64,000 bases of DNA from NCBI GenBank assembly GCA_951406725.2, contig OX597816.1, positions 82,584,001-82,648,000 on the forward strand. Reading direction: 5' to 3'. The notes beneath the pieces were generated by a model that did not search any database, had not been told where the DNA came from, and saw only the letters and a program-made list of their open reading frames with translations. Below are positions 1 through 13,030 of this stretch, piece after piece. The position numbers were made by a program, and so were the translations under genes. The stretch's first letter is position 1. The number at the start of each line of letters is the position of its first letter. Source of the DNA: Octopus vulgaris (Eukaryota).

Positions 1-127
1 CAGGCCCCTCAACTTTCAGTGGTATCTTCAGCTCTGGTGTCAAGTGCATTTCTTCTTTCTCCTTTTTTCTTCTGTTCCCTGGCCTCTTCGATGCAGTGTC
101 AATGAGTGTCAGTGGGCAACTGACCAT
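1..127 (-). CDS. 5' end of an unidentified protein-coding gene running off the window (MVSCPLTLIDTASKRPGNRRKKEKEEMHLTPELKIPLKVEGP...)
   Basis: ATG at 127-125 in strong context (gcAagATGG), in-frame upstream TAG, frame open to base 1. Region is GC-richer than its flanks. Pyrimidine tract plus CAG acceptor on the minus strand at ~455-429 suggests an exon starting at 428. No homology recognised. Confidence 0.4.
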   Translation of the reverse strand, partial: MVSCPLTLIDTASKRPGNRRKKEKEEMHLTPELKIPLKVEGP

Positions 128-858
128 CTTGCCAAATTTCCCTTTAAATACTTGCTGGTAGGCTCCAGCAGCCAGCACCAGCTAGTTGTCATGTGACACT
201 ATTTAAACTTCAACTGACCAATGGAAGGGAAAGGCGCATAATCTTAGCCCGCGCTCTCACTAAACCTGCCTTCCAACAGTGTCGTGTTAGTTTCAGTTCC
301 ACAAGCCAGAGTCAACCAGCTGTTTGGTTGTACAAGCCTTCGAACCAGGAGGAGGAGGCACCATGAACAAGACTGCTACTTGTGAAAATTTATGAAAGCA
401 ATTCTACAGCAGGGTCCCAGTCAACTAACTGAAATCAGAAAAGAATAAAAGAGACAAAATATTTGCATAATGGTGCAGATCAAATATTTACCATTTCAGT
501 CTTTGCTAGTAGGATTTTGTTAATTAATTATTCATCTTTGCTAGTAGGGGTTTATTCATTAATCATACAAATCTTTAAATATCAACCATTGAGTAAATGA
601 TGAACAATATGATGAAATATACTGGGATAGTGATTGAGGACAACAACAACAACCACAGCCATAAATTAATAGCTCACAGTGTATGCTAGCTTAGAGGGAC
701 TAACAGCATTGGCTGCAGGAAAAAAAACTCTCTACACCCTGGGAGCAACATTAATTTTACTGATTGAAAACTGCACATAGCTATGAGGATTTTGAGGTAG
801 ACATGTATGTGTTAAAGCTAAACTATAACATAATTAATAACATGCACAAACCATTTCT

Positions 859-898
859 CTTACTACTACTACTACTACTACTACTACTACAAACTACT

Positions 899-929
<31 letters not shown>

Positions 930-930
930 A
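859..930. repeat. Compound trinucleotide microsatellite (CTA)n-(CTG)n-(GAT)n
   Basis: Directly visible. Confidence 0.95.
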
Positions 931-2231
931 TTCTGCTACTTTTTTTTTGGTTATTTGACAATTATTTTCTCACATATCTACACACCATACATTGAACATG
1001 CTTATATGTAAATGATATAATGGGAATTTGTTTCTTAATGGTTTAGAAAACGTTGCCATAACAAATATTGATTTATTTTATCAATTTTGCTGAGGAGAGG
1101 TTATTGTTAATTGATTTAACCAGTGGCATATAACGGATACTGAAACGAGATGCACTGAACATTGCAATATATCCATACTTCCTTTTAGCTTTATGTTTAC
1201 ACAAAAGCATGCACACGTACACACACATGTACACACACACACACACACACACAATCATTTTGTATTTCATCAACATTTCTTATGTTGGCATGGGTTGGGC
1301 AAGAGTCTTTGAGGCAATATTCTATCATTGACATCAACCCATGCTTGTTTTCTAAGTAAGGTTCTTTATTCTGCATCTTTGCACATTGGATCACTCACTG
1401 CTGGATGTTTCATTTATGGGAGACAGAAACAAAATCAGTGCTAGAGTGATGTCAGTGTGAAAACATGTGGATACAAGCAAATATACAATATGCTTCCATG
1501 CTGTTTCCATCTATCTAATTTCTCTGACAAGGCAGTGATCACCCTTTGTCAAATAACAAAAAAAGAAAAAGTAGCAGAATCATCAAATGCTTTCAAAATC
1601 ATGTGAATATGATACAAATTTTTTAACCACACAGCAATACATAAATGTGTGTACTTATATAACATAATAATAGACCAGACATTGTAATTTGGTACAACAA
1701 AGAGAAAATGTATCATAGTGAAAGTCAATTGCTCAGCAGATGTCTACATAAAGCTCAGCAAAATAGAAAATGCCTATGCTGAATCATTAAGAAATTTACA
1801 AATACTTTACCTGGGCTACTAATCTAGAAGCTATCAAATACTTTGAGTGAGTTGCCTGGGTTTCGGAGCGAATCTATTTTGAAAAATACTTTCGTTACTT
1901 ACTATCCATGTGTCTTTGGCACATGAAATCTACCTTCTCTAGTAGCCTGCCTATGATCCCACTACACTTCTTGTGTATCAGTGGTTTGCATTAGGTACAC
2001 TATATGGAATTCTTATCTACTCCTTATCATCATATCAAGTTTGGCCGATTCTCTGAAGATCATTAGGTCCTGTCTTCTTCCTTACTTACTTACTAACTCC
2101 TTAACCTTTCCTAAATTCTCATGAATAGTGTGGTTACATTCATATAATTGCACCCTGCCTCATTTCATTCTACTCTTCAAACCACAACACCCTACACACA
2201 TACATCACAGAACACATACATTAATCTTATA

Positions 2232-3434
2232 CAGAGTGCATTAGTTTTTTGAGGACACCTCTTTCAAGAACTCTAACTTCCAACTTATTTGTCTTTTACT
2301 TTACTTTTCAGATAATGTCAATCATCAAGTTGGTTCATCAAATGAAAAAGCATACTGTAATTGTTGCCTTAAAACTGCAACATAGTGATACAGAGAAAGC
2401 TCACTTCTTGAAAGTTGCCTGATCCTTTGTTGTCAAAGACCAAAGTTCAGAAGGAGGTGGAAGTTGCTGATGGGGATCCAACATCAGCAGCTAAACACAT
2501 GCACAGGGTCCTAATACCATCAGGACATATAACTTTATACAAAAAGTCTAAGAAATAATTGATAAAACCCGAGAAAATAAATCAGAGCCATTACAAAGGA
2601 TCTCATGGTTTCAGAATACACCACCAGAAGAATGGTGCATGAGGACATCTGGCACAAGTCGTATGTGATGCAGAGGGGTCAGTTTATGTCAGATGTGACT
2701 GGAGAAAATCATTCGATCTGTGCAAAGTGCTTGCTAAACAAGTTAAAACACCAAGAGGCTGGAATGCTTTGGTTTTTCTCTCATGAGAAAAACTTTGATC
2801 AGAACCAAAAGGTAAACCAAAGGAATGACAAATAGTTATGCAGAGACACAAATGAAATTCCAATGGTCATGCATACTATGTTCTTGGCAGCTTTGATGGT
2901 TCTGATAGTCATCAGCAATGGAGGTGATATGTCACTGTCTACTCAGAGGTGTTGAAGAAAGTTGTGAGGCCCTGGATAGACAGAGTACTCCATGGAAGAC
3001 TATACATCTTCCAACATAACTGTGCCATCACATAAGACTAGGGCAATCCAAGCATGGATGTATGCCAATCTCCATGATCATCTTCTCCTAGAGACATGGC
3101 CTCCCAGCTCACCAGACCTCAATCCACAGGACTACTATTATGTATGGGACATAGTCAAGGGAGAAGTCAATCAACACCCCATAACATTATACAATCTCTC
3201 AAGTCCCCCATAACCAGTACTGTGTCCAAAATTGATAAAGATCATCTGATTTAAGTATGTCAACACTTCTGACTCCATATTGAAGCAACTATTGATGCTA
3301 ATGATGGATTCATTGAAAGGCATGATAAAAATATTCTAAAGATAATTTGTACCAATTTGTTTTCAAATACAGCGATGATCTATATGTCTTTTTCTATATT
3401 CACACAAATAACCTCAAAAGACTGATGTGTCTTG
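2232..3434 (+). mobile_element. Degenerate full-length Tc1/mariner-superfamily transposon (probably DD37D/maT-like)
   Basis: Broken ORFs with LWFFSHEKNF (cf. FSDEK) and WPPSSPDLNPQDY motifs. Degenerate 23-bp TIRs at 2232-2254 and 3412-3434 (16/23 match), flanked by TA on both sides. Confidence 0.85.
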
Positions 3435-4699
3435 TACACCTACATATCAATGCAGATTGAATATACTACTCACTGACTGGTACAGATGTATGACTATTAA
3501 CTCTCTATATGTATGTGCATGCGGACTCACTGATACATATATCTCATCTTAAATCAATGCACATATCTTCAAACAAACTTTCCTACACACAGACATATAT
3601 TTTATCTCACTATAACTCCACACACACACATACTACATGTCCATACCACCACATGAATTTATCACATATATGCACAAGCATAATCACCAGCTTATGTGTA
3701 TTCATACTACTCCACCTTATACCTGTGCATGCATGCACACACACACACACACACACACACACCTATATTATGTGCTTCATGCACAAGCATACATAATTTT
3801 CTTTGTCATCCTCCTCTACCCATTACATAGTCCTTATTTGCACATGTGAATGGACTGCATACATTCATTTCATAAATCTATGTACATGTGTGAATATATG
3901 TATGTGTATTTTTATGTGTGTGCTGACACGCACGCACACACACACACACACATTTACATTATTTGCTGGATGTATTAGATAGCAAGAATGATTGTTGCAT
4001 ACATAGAAATACAAACTTCATATTCCTGGACAGTATTAGGGACTTTTTACACCTGCATAAATGATAACACTGTGCATTTAACTCCATTTCACTACATGCA
4101 ATTACATATATATTGAACTCTCTCACTCCCCTTTCAACTTGTCTCCCTTGGTTGTTGTTTCATTCTGTCCTCTCTCTCCCTCTTTCTTTCTTGCCCCTAC
4201 TCTCTCCTCTTTTGCTTCCCATTTACTCTCACTATAATCCAGAAAGCATCTCCACTTCAAGTCCTCTTATCCTACCATCCCAATGCCTTTTTTACACTAA
4301 GCCTGCTATGTAAACTGACATCAGTATCATTTCTATTTTTCTCTAATCTCTGTTATTCCTTTTACTTTCCTTTGATAAAGTTTATAACCTAAAACATTAG
4401 ATCTTCTAATCCTTTCATTTGGTGTATCTATTTTCATTGTACACATTGTTTTGCTTCATATTTCTATGCTTTTCCCATCATTTGTTTTACTGTTGAATCC
4501 ATATTTTTTTTGTCTCACCTCATAGTCTTTCTTCTTTTATTTGTGTGTCATTTACTTAGTACTAGTCACTAGCCAAGATAATGGCTGATCACTCATAGAA
4601 ATAGTTCTAAAATAGTGATCTCTGCATATGCATGACAATCAAGCCTAATACACGAGTGACAGATCTATTAATATGAGATCCATTAAAGTTACTATCCAT

Positions 4700-5480
4700 T
4701 ATCATGGTTAGTGGCTTTCAAGGACATGTTAGGGGAAAAAACCATGATGGCTACTTTGATACATACAAAGGTTATAGATATGGCACAAATGAAGAGAGCT
4801 GCTTCAAATTCAGGCTTAAAAGATGAATAAAAAGGCCTTTTCAATGACTGTTCTTATAGGCTACCTTAATAATGAACGACATCAACTTTGTTATCATGGC
4901 TGGTGAATATGTTGGGCAACATCATAATAGATGTACATGAAGGCTATGGCTACGGTACTAGCCTGCCAATTATCTAATAACCTATCAATTAGTCAAATGT
5001 GCAAGCCTACTAGACCTGGAAATGAGATAGGTAACTAGATGTGAATACTAAGTCCTACTTAATTAAGAATATACCATTCTATATAGACTGGTGATCACAA
5101 CCTTAAAATAAAAGCTAGATAGACTCAGGTATGGACAACAAACTGGAGAAATAAGTTATGGAAGCTAAAATTCTCTCAATAATAAGATATAGGCTCCAAG
5201 AAGAACCAGTTAAAGATAAAAGCTTATAGACAACTTCTGGGAATTTCTATACAATAACCTCCTGTGAGCCACAGTGCAGATTTATGGATGGAGCAAGGTT
5301 CCAGCAGGATAGAAGATGACATGACGGTAAATAGTCATGAAAGCTGACAGAAGGCTTGAAAAGATTAGAAGAAAGCTGTGGGTAGCAAAGAGTAATAATA
5401 AAAGGGAAGCTAGATATCAGGATTGTGTAGCAAGATGAGAAACTGAAAGTAAGAAGTTTGCCAGTAGATGTGAAGTGTTC
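4700..5480 (+). mobile_element. Very old RTE LINE endonuclease-region fragment
   Basis: Similar to the minus-strand EN fragment at 34748-35796 (e.g. gttatcatggctggtga, cctatcaat). No intact ORF. Confidence 0.5.
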
Positions 5481-6779
5481 TAGATTAGCTTTCTGTATTC
5501 TCATACTATTTTTTCTTTTCTTTTGAAATGTTTGGAGATGGTTTCATTATCATATCAAGACTCTGCTCCATAAACTTAGAAACACAATTTAGTGTGGGTT
5601 CTTAGTTTGTGTGTCTTCTAGACTTTAGACAACGTGCTCATTACTTTATGTCCTCTGAGTTGAAAATGAGACACACACACACAAAAACAGTATAAACTTA
5701 AGTCAAAAATCCTAAAAGCACAATGTCTTTGATCCTGGAATTTTAATTAATTTTCCTAATATTTTTAGTAAAATCAAAACCATTCTTTAAATAGTGACAC
5801 AGTGACACTCAAAAGTATTTCACCATTTGTCTGTCAGACTGAATATTTTTTATCATGTAACTCCACACTTACATTTATCACTAAATGATTTTTTTCTCCT
5901 TATGGCTTTTGCAATCTAACTCCACAATATAGATAAACCTTCCTTTCCTCCTAATATAATACAAGGTGAGTAAAGTTTATTTAAGTGTATGCATGCATGC
6001 ATGTGTGTGTGTGTGTGTGTGTGTATGAAATATTGGTGGTGATAGGCTTCTTTTCTTTCTCATTGCAAAGTTAACAATATATATTTTTTCTTCAATGACT
6101 TTTTTTTGTTGTCATCATTATCCTCCTCTTCCTTCACATGTACTTTTCTTCCTCCTTAATTTCTTCTTCTTCTGTACTTCTTTTTCTTTCTAGTTTAGTT
6201 GTTTTTTCTTTCCCTTCCCCCTTCTACCTGAACCTTCTCTTTCCTCACCTTGTGTTCTTTACTCCTCTTCCTTCAGCAACAATATCTCCATACCTCTACT
6301 ATCATCACCCTATCAACCAGAACACTTGTACTTTCTCTATTCAGCTGCTCTAGTAATAAAGATGTGTTCATTTGTTGCTCTTAAAGGCAATGAGTATTCC
6401 ACATTAGTAAGCAACAAAAAAGAGAAGTTAACCCATATTAACACTTACTCATGAAAACCACATGCATGGTATGATTACCTAGCAGTAAATAAAACAACAA
6501 AGCAGTGTTATTTAGTCATTTATACCCAGAAGAGCACAGCTAAAATCATCCAACATTGAAACATGCCAACAAGGAAGTTACATGTATAAATCAAAACCTA
6601 TTCAATTGATCTCTCTCTTTCTATATATATATATATATACTTTTATATATTCAGGATGAAGGCAAAACTGACTTTGACACGATTTGATCTCAGAGCAGAG
6701 AGCAGCTGAGCAAATATCATGAGACATTCTATGCAATGCTTTAAAAACTATGTCAATTTGCTACCTATTCTTTCTTTGC

Positions 6780-7036
6780 TTTACTTCTTTCAGTCAGTGG
6801 ACTGTGGCCATGCTGGGGCACTGCCTTGAAAGGTTTTAGTTAAACAAATCAACCTCATGAATAGGCTGTTCCATTAATTGAACCAACTGGAATTCTCATT
6901 GTCATAGCCAATGGAGTGCCAGTCATACACACACACACACACACTTGTGCATGATGGGCTCCTACATAGTTCCCATCTACCAGATTGATTCACAATGTGG
7001 TAGCAAATTGAGCTTCTTAACTACATAGCCATGCCG
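6780..7036 (-). mobile_element. SINE family B fragment
   Basis: Reverse complement of the family-B tail (ggtgccccagcatggccacagtc) and body seen at 23718-24050. Confidence 0.6.
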
Positions 7037-7377
7037 CTATTTGTATTTATCTTCTTTTTCCTTTTTTGCATTCTAAATTTAAATCTCACCAAAGTCAATT
7101 TAGTCTTTCATCCTTTTGTGGTTAGTAAAGAATCCATTTAAGCTATTGGACTGGTGGAATTATTAGGGTACCAAAGTGTTAGTTCTATTAGGGTACCTTG
7201 TGATGTTAATTCTAGCTTGTTTGTATTCTGAGTTCAAATCCTGCCATGGCACACCAAGCACCAAGAAAGGGATTAGAATCCCACTACCTTGCTATGTACA
7301 TACCTGTAATTAACCATAGATGACATTAATGCAACCTGTGGTATGCAATATGCTGAGAGAAGACAATACCTAACAAT

Positions 7378-7590
7378 TGTTTCTAATTTTGATGCAAGGC
7401 CAGTAATTTTGAGTGGGAGAAGAAAAGTCAGTTACATCAACCACAGTACTTGAAAAGTATTTATTTATCAACCATCAAAGGATGAACAGCAAAGTTAACT
7501 TCGGCGGAATTGAAACTCGGAATGTAAAGAGTCAGTAGAAATACTGCAAAACAATTTTTCCAACACTTTAACAATTCTGTTAGTTCCTTA
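7378..7590 (-). mobile_element. tRNA-derived SINE family A, old copy
   Basis: Reverse-complement similarity to 8428-8643. Confidence 0.65.
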
Positions 7591-7889
7591 CATTAACCCT
7601 CAGCTGGTGAGAAAGAGTTGGATGAATGTGCATGCCAAACAGGAAAAAGCAACAAAAAAAATCTCTTTCTTAAGGTTAATTGTTGTTATACTTATTTTCA
7701 CTTTGAATAAGTACAAAAATCGTTAGTCTCTTGCACAATGAAATTTACAATCTCATTGCCAAAAAATGTCATAAAATATTCACTTTCCTTTGATGATGGC
7801 CGAATCCATGTAAAATTTTTGAAACATCAATTGATGTCTGCTGATCTTTAATGCAACATCAACTGATGTCCACTAATTAAAGATTAATA

Positions 7890-8106
7890 ATGGCTTCAAA
7901 TTTTGGCAAAAGGTCAGCTATTTCAGGGGAGGGGCTAAGTTGATCACATCAGCCCCAGTGCTCAACAGGTACTTATTTTTATCAAACCCGGAAGGATGAA
8001 ATGCAAAGTCAATCCCAGTGGAATTTGAACTCAAGAACATAAGGACAGACAAAATGCCACTTAGCATTATTGCTTGGTGTGCTAATGATTTTGACAGCTC
8101 ACCACC
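7890..8106 (-). mobile_element. tRNA-derived SINE family A
   Basis: Reverse complement of 8428-8643, including the B box (gagttcaaattcc). Confidence 0.8.
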
Positions 8107-8115
8107 TTAATTTAA

Positions 8116-8346
8116 CTCTTTAGCATTTAATCTACCCTTACATGGCCCAAATATTCTGCCTGTTTTATGTTAAAATTCACCAGATCCGACATCTCCCACC
8201 TACCCTACAATGTCATTCTAAAAATATACAGACACACAATTGAAATCTTGAAACTATAAGATAATGCACGATTAATTCAAAACAATATGAATAAATAAAT
8301 AAGCAATACATATGACAAAGAAATCTGAATGTTAAAAGGCTATGGG
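8116..8346. mobile_element. piggyBac-like MITE (TTAA-flanked)
   Basis: TTAA at 8112-8115 and 8347-8350. Termini ctctttagcatt / aatgttaaaagg. A second, inverted copy lies at ~24178-24390. Confidence 0.6.
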
Positions 8347-8427
8347 TTAATAATAATATTGAGGGTACTTAACAGTGAAGTTATAGAGCTAAATAAGTAA
8401 AGTGTTTTTAATATGAGGACCAATGAA

Positions 8428-8643
8428 GGCGGCAAGCTGGCAGAAAAGTTAGCATGCCCGGTGAAATGCATAGCAGTATTTCATGTCTTATGTTCTGAGT
8501 TCAAATTCCACTGAGGTCAGCTTTGCCTTTCATCCTCTCGAGGTCGATAAATTAAGTACCAGTTGCATACTGGGGGTTGATCTAATCGATTGGTACCCAC
8601 CTCCCCCAAAATTTTGGGCCTTGTGCCTAGAGTAGGAAAGAAA
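8428..8643 (+). mobile_element. tRNA-derived SINE family A, full length
   Basis: A-box-like tggcagaaaagttag, B box gagttcaaattcc, core gcctttcatcctctcgaggtcgataaattaagtacc. Degenerate 15-bp TSD atgaggaccaatgaa / atgcggcccaattaa. Confidence 0.85.
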
Positions 8644-9644
8644 ATGCGGCCCAATTAAAGCAATGGGTTCATTTGTCCTCAAAGTCAGTCCTGTATGTAT
8701 GTATAGAAATGTATTGTAAGTTTCACATGAGAGATGTGTTCTAGGAATATCTGTGGTTATACAAATTCTTGAGATAACTTTCAAGAAACCAAAGTGACAG
8801 AAGAATTTGTCTGATAAAACCAGAAGACATTTTGGTTTAGCCTGAAATAATTAATTAGGAACTTTATCATATCTCCTCAGATTAAGCTAACTATTAAAAA
8901 AAAATGTCTAAAAATATTATAAATCCATTTTTTTTAGAAAAGATATTATTTGTATGTATGTATGTATGTATGTATGTGTGTGTACATGCATGAATGCATG
9001 TATATATGTGAGTAGTGTGTATAAGGAAACACATACATGAACATAAACACACAATACAAAAACATCAAATAATTATGCAGTACGTAAAAAAAAAAGAAGA
9101 AAAATGGAAGTAGAAATGCAGGAAGCAAACAAGTTCAGAAGGGGAGAATGAATGAGAGAGTGAGAGAGAGAGTATGTGTGAAAGAGAAAGAGAGAGAGAA
9201 GGAAAACATAGAAGAAATAAAGACATACAGAAGTATCTCTGGAATTTCACACAGAGCATGGTTTTTACAATGTATATCTTTATACAAAATAAATGTTAGC
9301 ATTTCATAAAAAAGGCACTGTTTCAATTTGTGAAATTATTTAGTTTTATTATTTTTTGTTATATATATGTATGTATTTACTTATTTATTTGGTGCCACAC
9401 CAAATCTTCTGCAATGGATATTTAAATGAATGTCTTTCTATCATATATTTCCTGGATATCAAGTTATATTGACTCTTGAGACTTATCATTTCCACCAACT
9501 TTGCCCTTAATGAACTGGTGGGAGAGACTCTGGTTGATTGTTTGATCTGCTTGAAACAGTAGTAACATCTCCCTCAAATCACACCATATTATCTTAAAAA
9601 AGAGTTCGGACATTTGGGACAATGTAATCAAAGATATACTTTAA

Positions 9645-9950
9645 GTGTAGGCATGGCTTGCTTGGGTTCAGTTCCACTGCACAGCAATAGCTCTGGGTCA
9701 ACTAATGCCTTGCAAATGAATTAGGAAAATATGAACTGTGTGGAAGCTTGTCATGTATATGTATCTCTGTCTTTGCATTTGTCCTATCACTGCCATTTGA
9801 CAACCCATGCTGGTTTGTTTATGTCCCTCAGACCAACAGAATAAGTACCTGACTCAACAAAATTCATACTGAGGTTGATTTGTTCAACTAAAACCTTTCA
9901 AAATTGTGTCACAGCATGGCTGCAGTCCAGAGACCGAAACAAATGAAAGA
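9645..9950 (+). mobile_element. SINE family B inserted in an older dispersed repeat
   Basis: gggttcagttccactgc head and family-B tail. It splits the ctgctagaaatagca-type repeat (9525-9640 / 9955-10010). Confidence 0.6.
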
Positions 9951-12344
9951 AAGAGTGAGATGGAATGGTCTGTTATGCTTGGAATGCCTTTGATCATAGG
10001 CTCACTTGAGAACAAAAACAAGAACAATGTCATCACTGAATATTAGTTTTTGTTGTTGTTTCTTTACTAGTCACAAAAGAAAATAAAGTATGAAAACTTA
10101 TGAACCAAATTAAGTACTCAATAGTGGTGGTGCTCAGCACTGTGATATTGATGAGTGTTCCAGTAGTTCATTGTTGTGTTCAGCTTTTCCTGTGGGCAAC
10201 ATTGTTCATAGATGAACCAAATCTCCCTCTAATGTATACCTAGTGATACTTACATTTATAAAAAAGATGGTCATCGTTATAATGTCTTTGATCAAAAGTC
10301 TGTTAAATGAGGTAAGATCAGGGTTTAAATACTAATATAGTTTGGAGATGTTCTTGCTCAAATACAATGCATGGAGGCAAAGTCTTCAGCAAAAAGCTTT
10401 GATGGATTAAGGCCATCACTACCACTGCTACCGTCAACACAGTCTCTACAGGATATAATTAAAAGAATACATCTATTTTTGCTAAGTATACTTAATGGAT
10501 ATCAGTAAGCTGTTGGTAGTGTCAGATGAGGCCAAACAGTTGACAGTCTGTATGTTGTCATAAGGGTTCCCCTACAACAATTGCTAAAATGTTTAAACCT
10601 CCAATAGTTTGATCCACTTAATTCCCTTGTGGCCTAAGAATCAGTGTCTGACATGAACCATTATGGATGTTCAGTAGGAGTACAACTATAAATAGTTTGT
10701 CTTGTGCCTAGAGTAGAAAAGAATTTGTCTTATAAGAAGGGTGAAATAAGATGTGATGTTCCAGACCTTTCCAATGGCATGGTTTGTATGATTAAAACAT
10801 TTGCATTGCAACCATGAAATTACTGGTTCAATTTCACTACATAAATTTGGACAAATCTTTTACCATTGACTCAAGATTGGCCCATCTGTGAATGAAATTT
10901 GGAAGATGGAAACTACAGAAGCCCATCATAGAAACACACACATGCACAAGGTGAACTTTGCAAAGATGACAAAAATAGCAAAAGACTGCAACCTGATATG
11001 ATGCAGGAGAAAACATATCTGACCATTGAAAGTTTAGAAAATGGACAAAAAATGATGATGACTTGTTTTTTGGTTTTTTTTATGGAAAGACAAAGTCAAC
11101 TTCATTGGGGTTCAAACTTAAAATGAAAAGAAGAATGTAATTAAATACTGCAAAGGATTTAGTCTAACACTAAGATTTCTACTACTCCACTGTTTACCAT
11201 TTTTAATTAATAATGATTTCCTACATTATAATGGAGTTAAATTTTGGGAGTGGGGAGAAGTCAAATGAACTCCAGTTTAATTTAAATTCAGTGTATAGAT
11301 TTGGTTTTTATATTGCAATAGTGTTGTTTGTTCCCGGTTTCCAGAACTACTTTGATTGCCATTTATGTTTAACTTCATTTCCTGCTCCAGGAATAATGTT
11401 TCCACTTAATAGTGAAGCTTTCTTTCCAAATCACCACTCTTTAAATAGAATGTGCAAATAAAATCTGTTTGTGTTTATCTAGTAAGAGAGAAAGTGTCAG
11501 CTGATCAGAACAACTGATTTTGCCAATGGCTCCAACATCTATACAACACTGATAGAGTGCCTCAAGAGACAGTACTGGCACATTCACATTCCATTTTACT
11601 ATCACATGCTTGTAGCTGAAGATACAGAAAGGTATCACATTTGCAGACAATCCATCCCCAATGACAGTGTGTCTGCATGAAATTTTCCCACATACGGAAA
11701 AAGTTGCTTAATATTTTTGTATACATTAGTATTGTGCCATGTAAAAAAAGTGCTCAGTACACTCTGTGAAGTGGTTGGCATTAAGAAGGGCACCCAACCA
11801 TAGAATCCATGCCAAAGCTAGTGATTGGAGCCTGGTGTAGCTCTTCTGTGCCTGTCAAACTGTCCAACACATAAAAAATGCCAGCATAAAAAATGGATGT
11901 TAAGTGATGATGATAACAAGTGTTATCTTTCATAGCTGTCTGTTTTAGAGGTTTTGTGGTACAGAGTTTTATTTTTATTCCTTCCCAGATCAATGTCTTT
12001 TGTTGGCTTTAAAATTCAGCTCTCAAGCTTTCTTTCCAGGTAACTGCAAAGACAAGAAATGATGGTTGTTAAGGCAAATCTTGTAGTACCTCACTTCCCT
12101 AGTCCATTGCATTGCTTTAAGGATTGAGTAGCAAAACTTTCTCTTTTGTATCTCTATCATACACCTCATTTCTCCTAATTAAAATTCTTTGTCACAGGAA
12201 GAGTTGTATATGTGTTGTTCTCCACAGAAGAGGTGATACAAAAAACAGAAGAACAGCAGTCCTCTCCTATGTCTATTAAGATATGAATTGCACCTTTTCA
12301 TGACTCTGCTGCATCAACATATATTGTTTAAAGTTTTTTTTTCA

Positions 12345-13030
12345 TGGATGGATGAGGAGAGATGTGTGAAGAAATGCCACTCCCAAACAGTTGAGGGAAT
12401 CCGGGGTAGAAGTAGACATAAGATGAGGTGGTCAAGCATGACCTTCGAACGCTGGGCTTCACAGAGGCAATGAAGAAAGACCGAGACCTCTGAAGATATG
12501 CTGTGACTGCGAAAACCCGACAAATAACATGAGTTCATGGCTGTTTCCTGCACCAACTTCACATAGCAACCCCAGCTCATCCAAAGTACCTTGGATTGCA
12601 GGACAGCCTGCTGTGCTTACCTTGGATCATAGGGCGACCTGCTGTGCTTGAGGAGACCTATTGAGTCAAGTAAATCAACATCAAAATAAAAATCAAATGG
12701 AAATTGTAGTTGTGATACCTGTGCCAGTGGCACATAAAAAGCACCATCCGAATGTGGCCGCTACCAGCACCATCTTGACTGGCTTCCATGCCGGTGGCAT
12801 GTAAAAGCACCAACTATTTGTGGCTGTTGCCAGCCTCCCCTGGCACCTGTGCCAGTAGCACGTAAAAAGCACCCACTACACTCACGGAGTGGTTGGTGTT
12901 AGGAAGGGCATCCAGCTGTAGAAACACTGCCAGATCAGACTGGTGCAGCCTCCAGGCTTCCCAGACCCCAGTCGAACCGTCCAACCCATGCTAGCATGGA
13001 AAATAGATGTTAAACGATGATGATGATGAT
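12345..13030 (+). mobile_element. 5'-truncated RTE LINE 3' end
   Basis: WMDEERCVKKC...GRSRH ORF end, repeat-rich 3' UTR and (GAT)n tail; homologous to 57853-59559. Confidence 0.85.

Noticed and set aside
8428-8520. tRNA-like A/B boxes as possible tRNA genes
   Set aside because: No complete cloverleaf; each continues into a SINE body with tail and TSD.
764-9326. Many short ORFs with poly-L, poly-D, HT or CV runs
   Set aside because: They are translations of microsatellites, with no splice structure or homology.
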